Of a stretch of 64,000 nucleotides of DNA, positions 62,297-64,000 are shown in pieces. Numbering within the stretch: the stretch's first letter is position 1; every line of letters begins with the position of its first letter. Under the pieces are notes generated by a model. That model had not been told where the DNA came from. It saw only the letters and a list, made by a program, of their open reading frames with translations, and made no database searches. The DNA comes from an uncultured bacterium (lineage in GTDB: Bacteria > Oederibacteriota > PGYV01 > CAWJRG01): positions 480,001-544,000 of the forward strand of contig CAWJRG010000009.1 of the NCBI GenBank assembly GCA_963845185.1. Reading direction: 5' to 3'. A program made the position numbers and the translations under genes.

Positions 62297-63940
62297 ATGG
62301 CAACAAAGAAAACTTCAGTACCAATAAATTCAAATATTATTCCAATTATATTATTCTGTTTATTCTTATCAATTTCATCTTACCTGTCCGCAGCACCGGC
62401 CCAGCTCCAGATTTCAGGGACTCATTTTGTCACTGTAAGCAACGGCTGCCAGATGAGACTGGTGGGCGTTGATGTGGACGCTTTGGAATGGTCTCCAAAC
62501 GGTTATGGACCGCCGAGCGGGGCAAACGGCGACATGACGCAATCTGTTACCGCTGCAGTAAACACCTGGAAAGCGAATATTGTGAGAATACCGGTAAGCC
62601 AGGATTTCTGGTTCGGTTACGGCAATTCGCACGGTACGCCGACAAGCGCGGCAGCATACAGGACCCTGGTCGATAATGTAGTGACAGCCGCGTCAAATCT
62701 TAATTGCTATGTTGAGCTGGATTTACACTGGTCAGGTACCGGAACGTGGGGAACTGCAGCGCAGCAGGACAGCATGCCCGACAACAATTCCATAGCATTC
62801 TGGCAGGATGCAGCAACAAGGTACGCGAATAACCCGGCTGTAATGTTCGACCTGTATAATGAGCCATTTCCAACCGCATGGAGTACATGGAAGAATGGTG
62901 GGACAAGTAACGAGGGTTTCACTTGCCCGGGATTCCAAACACTGGTTCAGACTGTGCGGGATAAAGGCGCGAAAAATGTAATTATGGTCGGCGGCCTTGG
63001 ATATTCATGGGACATGACAGGAATTTCAAGCAATGCTTTAACCGATAAAAACACAGGCAACACCTTAACCGGTTACGGCATAGCGTATGAAGCCCACATA
63101 TACGACAATAAAGGTGGAACAACCGAGTCTGATAAAATAAATTTATGGAACACAAACGTAACTGTAGCGATAACAGCAGGGTATTGCGTAATAATATCGG
63201 AATTTGGGGCAGCCAGCGGCGAGGACAACAGCGGTTGCACGCCTTTTGAGTCTGACCTCATTTCATGGATAAACGGAAACAACACTGATAGTTACGTATA
63301 CAGCGCAATGGCATGGGACTTTAATACGCAGGCAGCACCGTGCCTTATATCGGATTGGAACTTTACAGCTACAACGTGTCATGGAGCACAGGTGAAAAGC
63401 TGGCTGGCAGCGGTGACGCCTCCGAACTGCGGCGGCGGCTCCACCCCAACAAACACACCCATTTTAACGCGTACTTTCACGCCTACTTTCACACGCACAC
63501 CAATGCCTACCAGCACCATAACTTTCACGCCCACGCCCATGCCTGCAATGTCGCTGACAAAAACCGTAAATAAAGCTTCTCTTACGCTTGGAGACACGGT
63601 CACATTTACGCTTTCTTACCAGAATACAGGTTCTGTTGCAGCACCTAATGTGCCGTTATGGGACACCATACCGGGCTGTGTTTCGTATATAGGCAGCAAT
63701 CCTGCCGCGACGCAGAATGGGAGCCTGCTCAGCTGGAACCTGGGAAACATTAATTCGGGGAGCAACGGAAGCGTAACATGGTGGGGCGTGGTCACCTGCT
63801 ATTCATATAACCCGCTTTTTAACAAAATGTTTTATTTTGCTTATTATGACAAAAAGTTTTTTACGCACATATACAATTATTATTATGACTTTGCATGGGC
63901 TGACGGCCCGTATAAAAAGAAATTGCAGGAGATGGAGTAA
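62297..63940 (+). CDS. Secreted glycoside hydrolase family 5 (cellulase-like) with DUF11-like domain
   Basis: NIVRIP, LDLHW, FDLYNEP (acid/base), AHIY, IISEFG (nucleophile), AW; LTKTVNK...GDTVTFTL.Y.NTG. Confidence 0.85.
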   Translation: MATKKTSVPINSNIIPIILFCLFLSISSYLSAAPAQLQISGTHFVTVSNGCQMRLVGVDVDALEWSPNGYGPPSGANGDMTQSVTAAVNTWKANIVRIPVSQDFWFGYGNSHGTPTSAAAYRTLVDNVVTAASNLNCYVELDLHWSGTGTWGTAAQQDSMPDNNSIAFWQDAATRYANNPAVMFDLYNEPFPTAWSTWKNGGTSNEGFTCPGFQTLVQTVRDKGAKNVIMVGGLGYSWDMTGISSNALTDKNTGNTLTGYGIAYEAHIYDNKGGTTESDKINLWNTNVTVAITAGYCVIISEFGAASGEDNSGCTPFESDLISWINGNNTDSYVYSAMAWDFNTQAAPCLISDWNFTATTCHGAQVKSWLAAVTPPNCGGGSTPTNTPILTRTFTPTFTRTPMPTSTITFTPTPMPAMSLTKTVNKASLTLGDTVTFTLSYQNTGSVAAPNVPLWDTIPGCVSYIGSNPAATQNGSLLSWNLGNINSGSNGSVTWWGVVTCYSYNPLFNKMFYFAYYDKKFFTHIYNYYYDFAWADGPYKKKLQEME

Positions 63941-64000
63941 AATGCCAAAGGCTAGGGCAAAAGAAAAACGAAGCAGAGAAGGGGCGTGTAAAAATAATCT

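Noticed and set aside
63942..64000. Possible gene start MPKARAKEK at the right edge
   Set aside because: Only 19 codons visible; cannot be supported

Overview
Bacterial chromosomal window, moderately AT-rich, with almost every gene on the + strand. In order it contains: (1) the 3' ~15 kb of a giant surface protein (>5000 aa, open beyond the left edge) built from Thr-rich 8-residue repeats, two beta-helix regions and two LamG-like domains, followed by a protein with a T9SS-like C-terminal domain and a PorV/PorQ-like barrel-TPR protein; (2) an IS1182-family element inserted into one of two copies of a ~300-bp palindromic repeat next to a split cobalamin-dependent methionine synthase; (3) an NAD-reducing [NiFe]-hydrogenase operon hoxFUYH, with hoxW displaced by three secreted-protein genes; (4) large secreted proteins (a multidomain NHL/CBM-like protein, two GH9, one GH18, one GH5), four of which share a distinctive C-terminal sorting-like domain; (5) a ~12-kb decaying accessory/defence island with ParB-like fragments, a 316-bp direct repeat, a DUF4143-type ATPase, a darT relic, an AbiE toxin-antitoxin pair and a nonsense-interrupted hsdR. 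The strongest unexplained signal is a ~100-nt two-hairpin element in six copies with conserved internal loops and covarying stems, ending at a ribosome-binding site, which I cannot assign to a known RNA family. All family calls come from motif recognition by eye; no searches were run.
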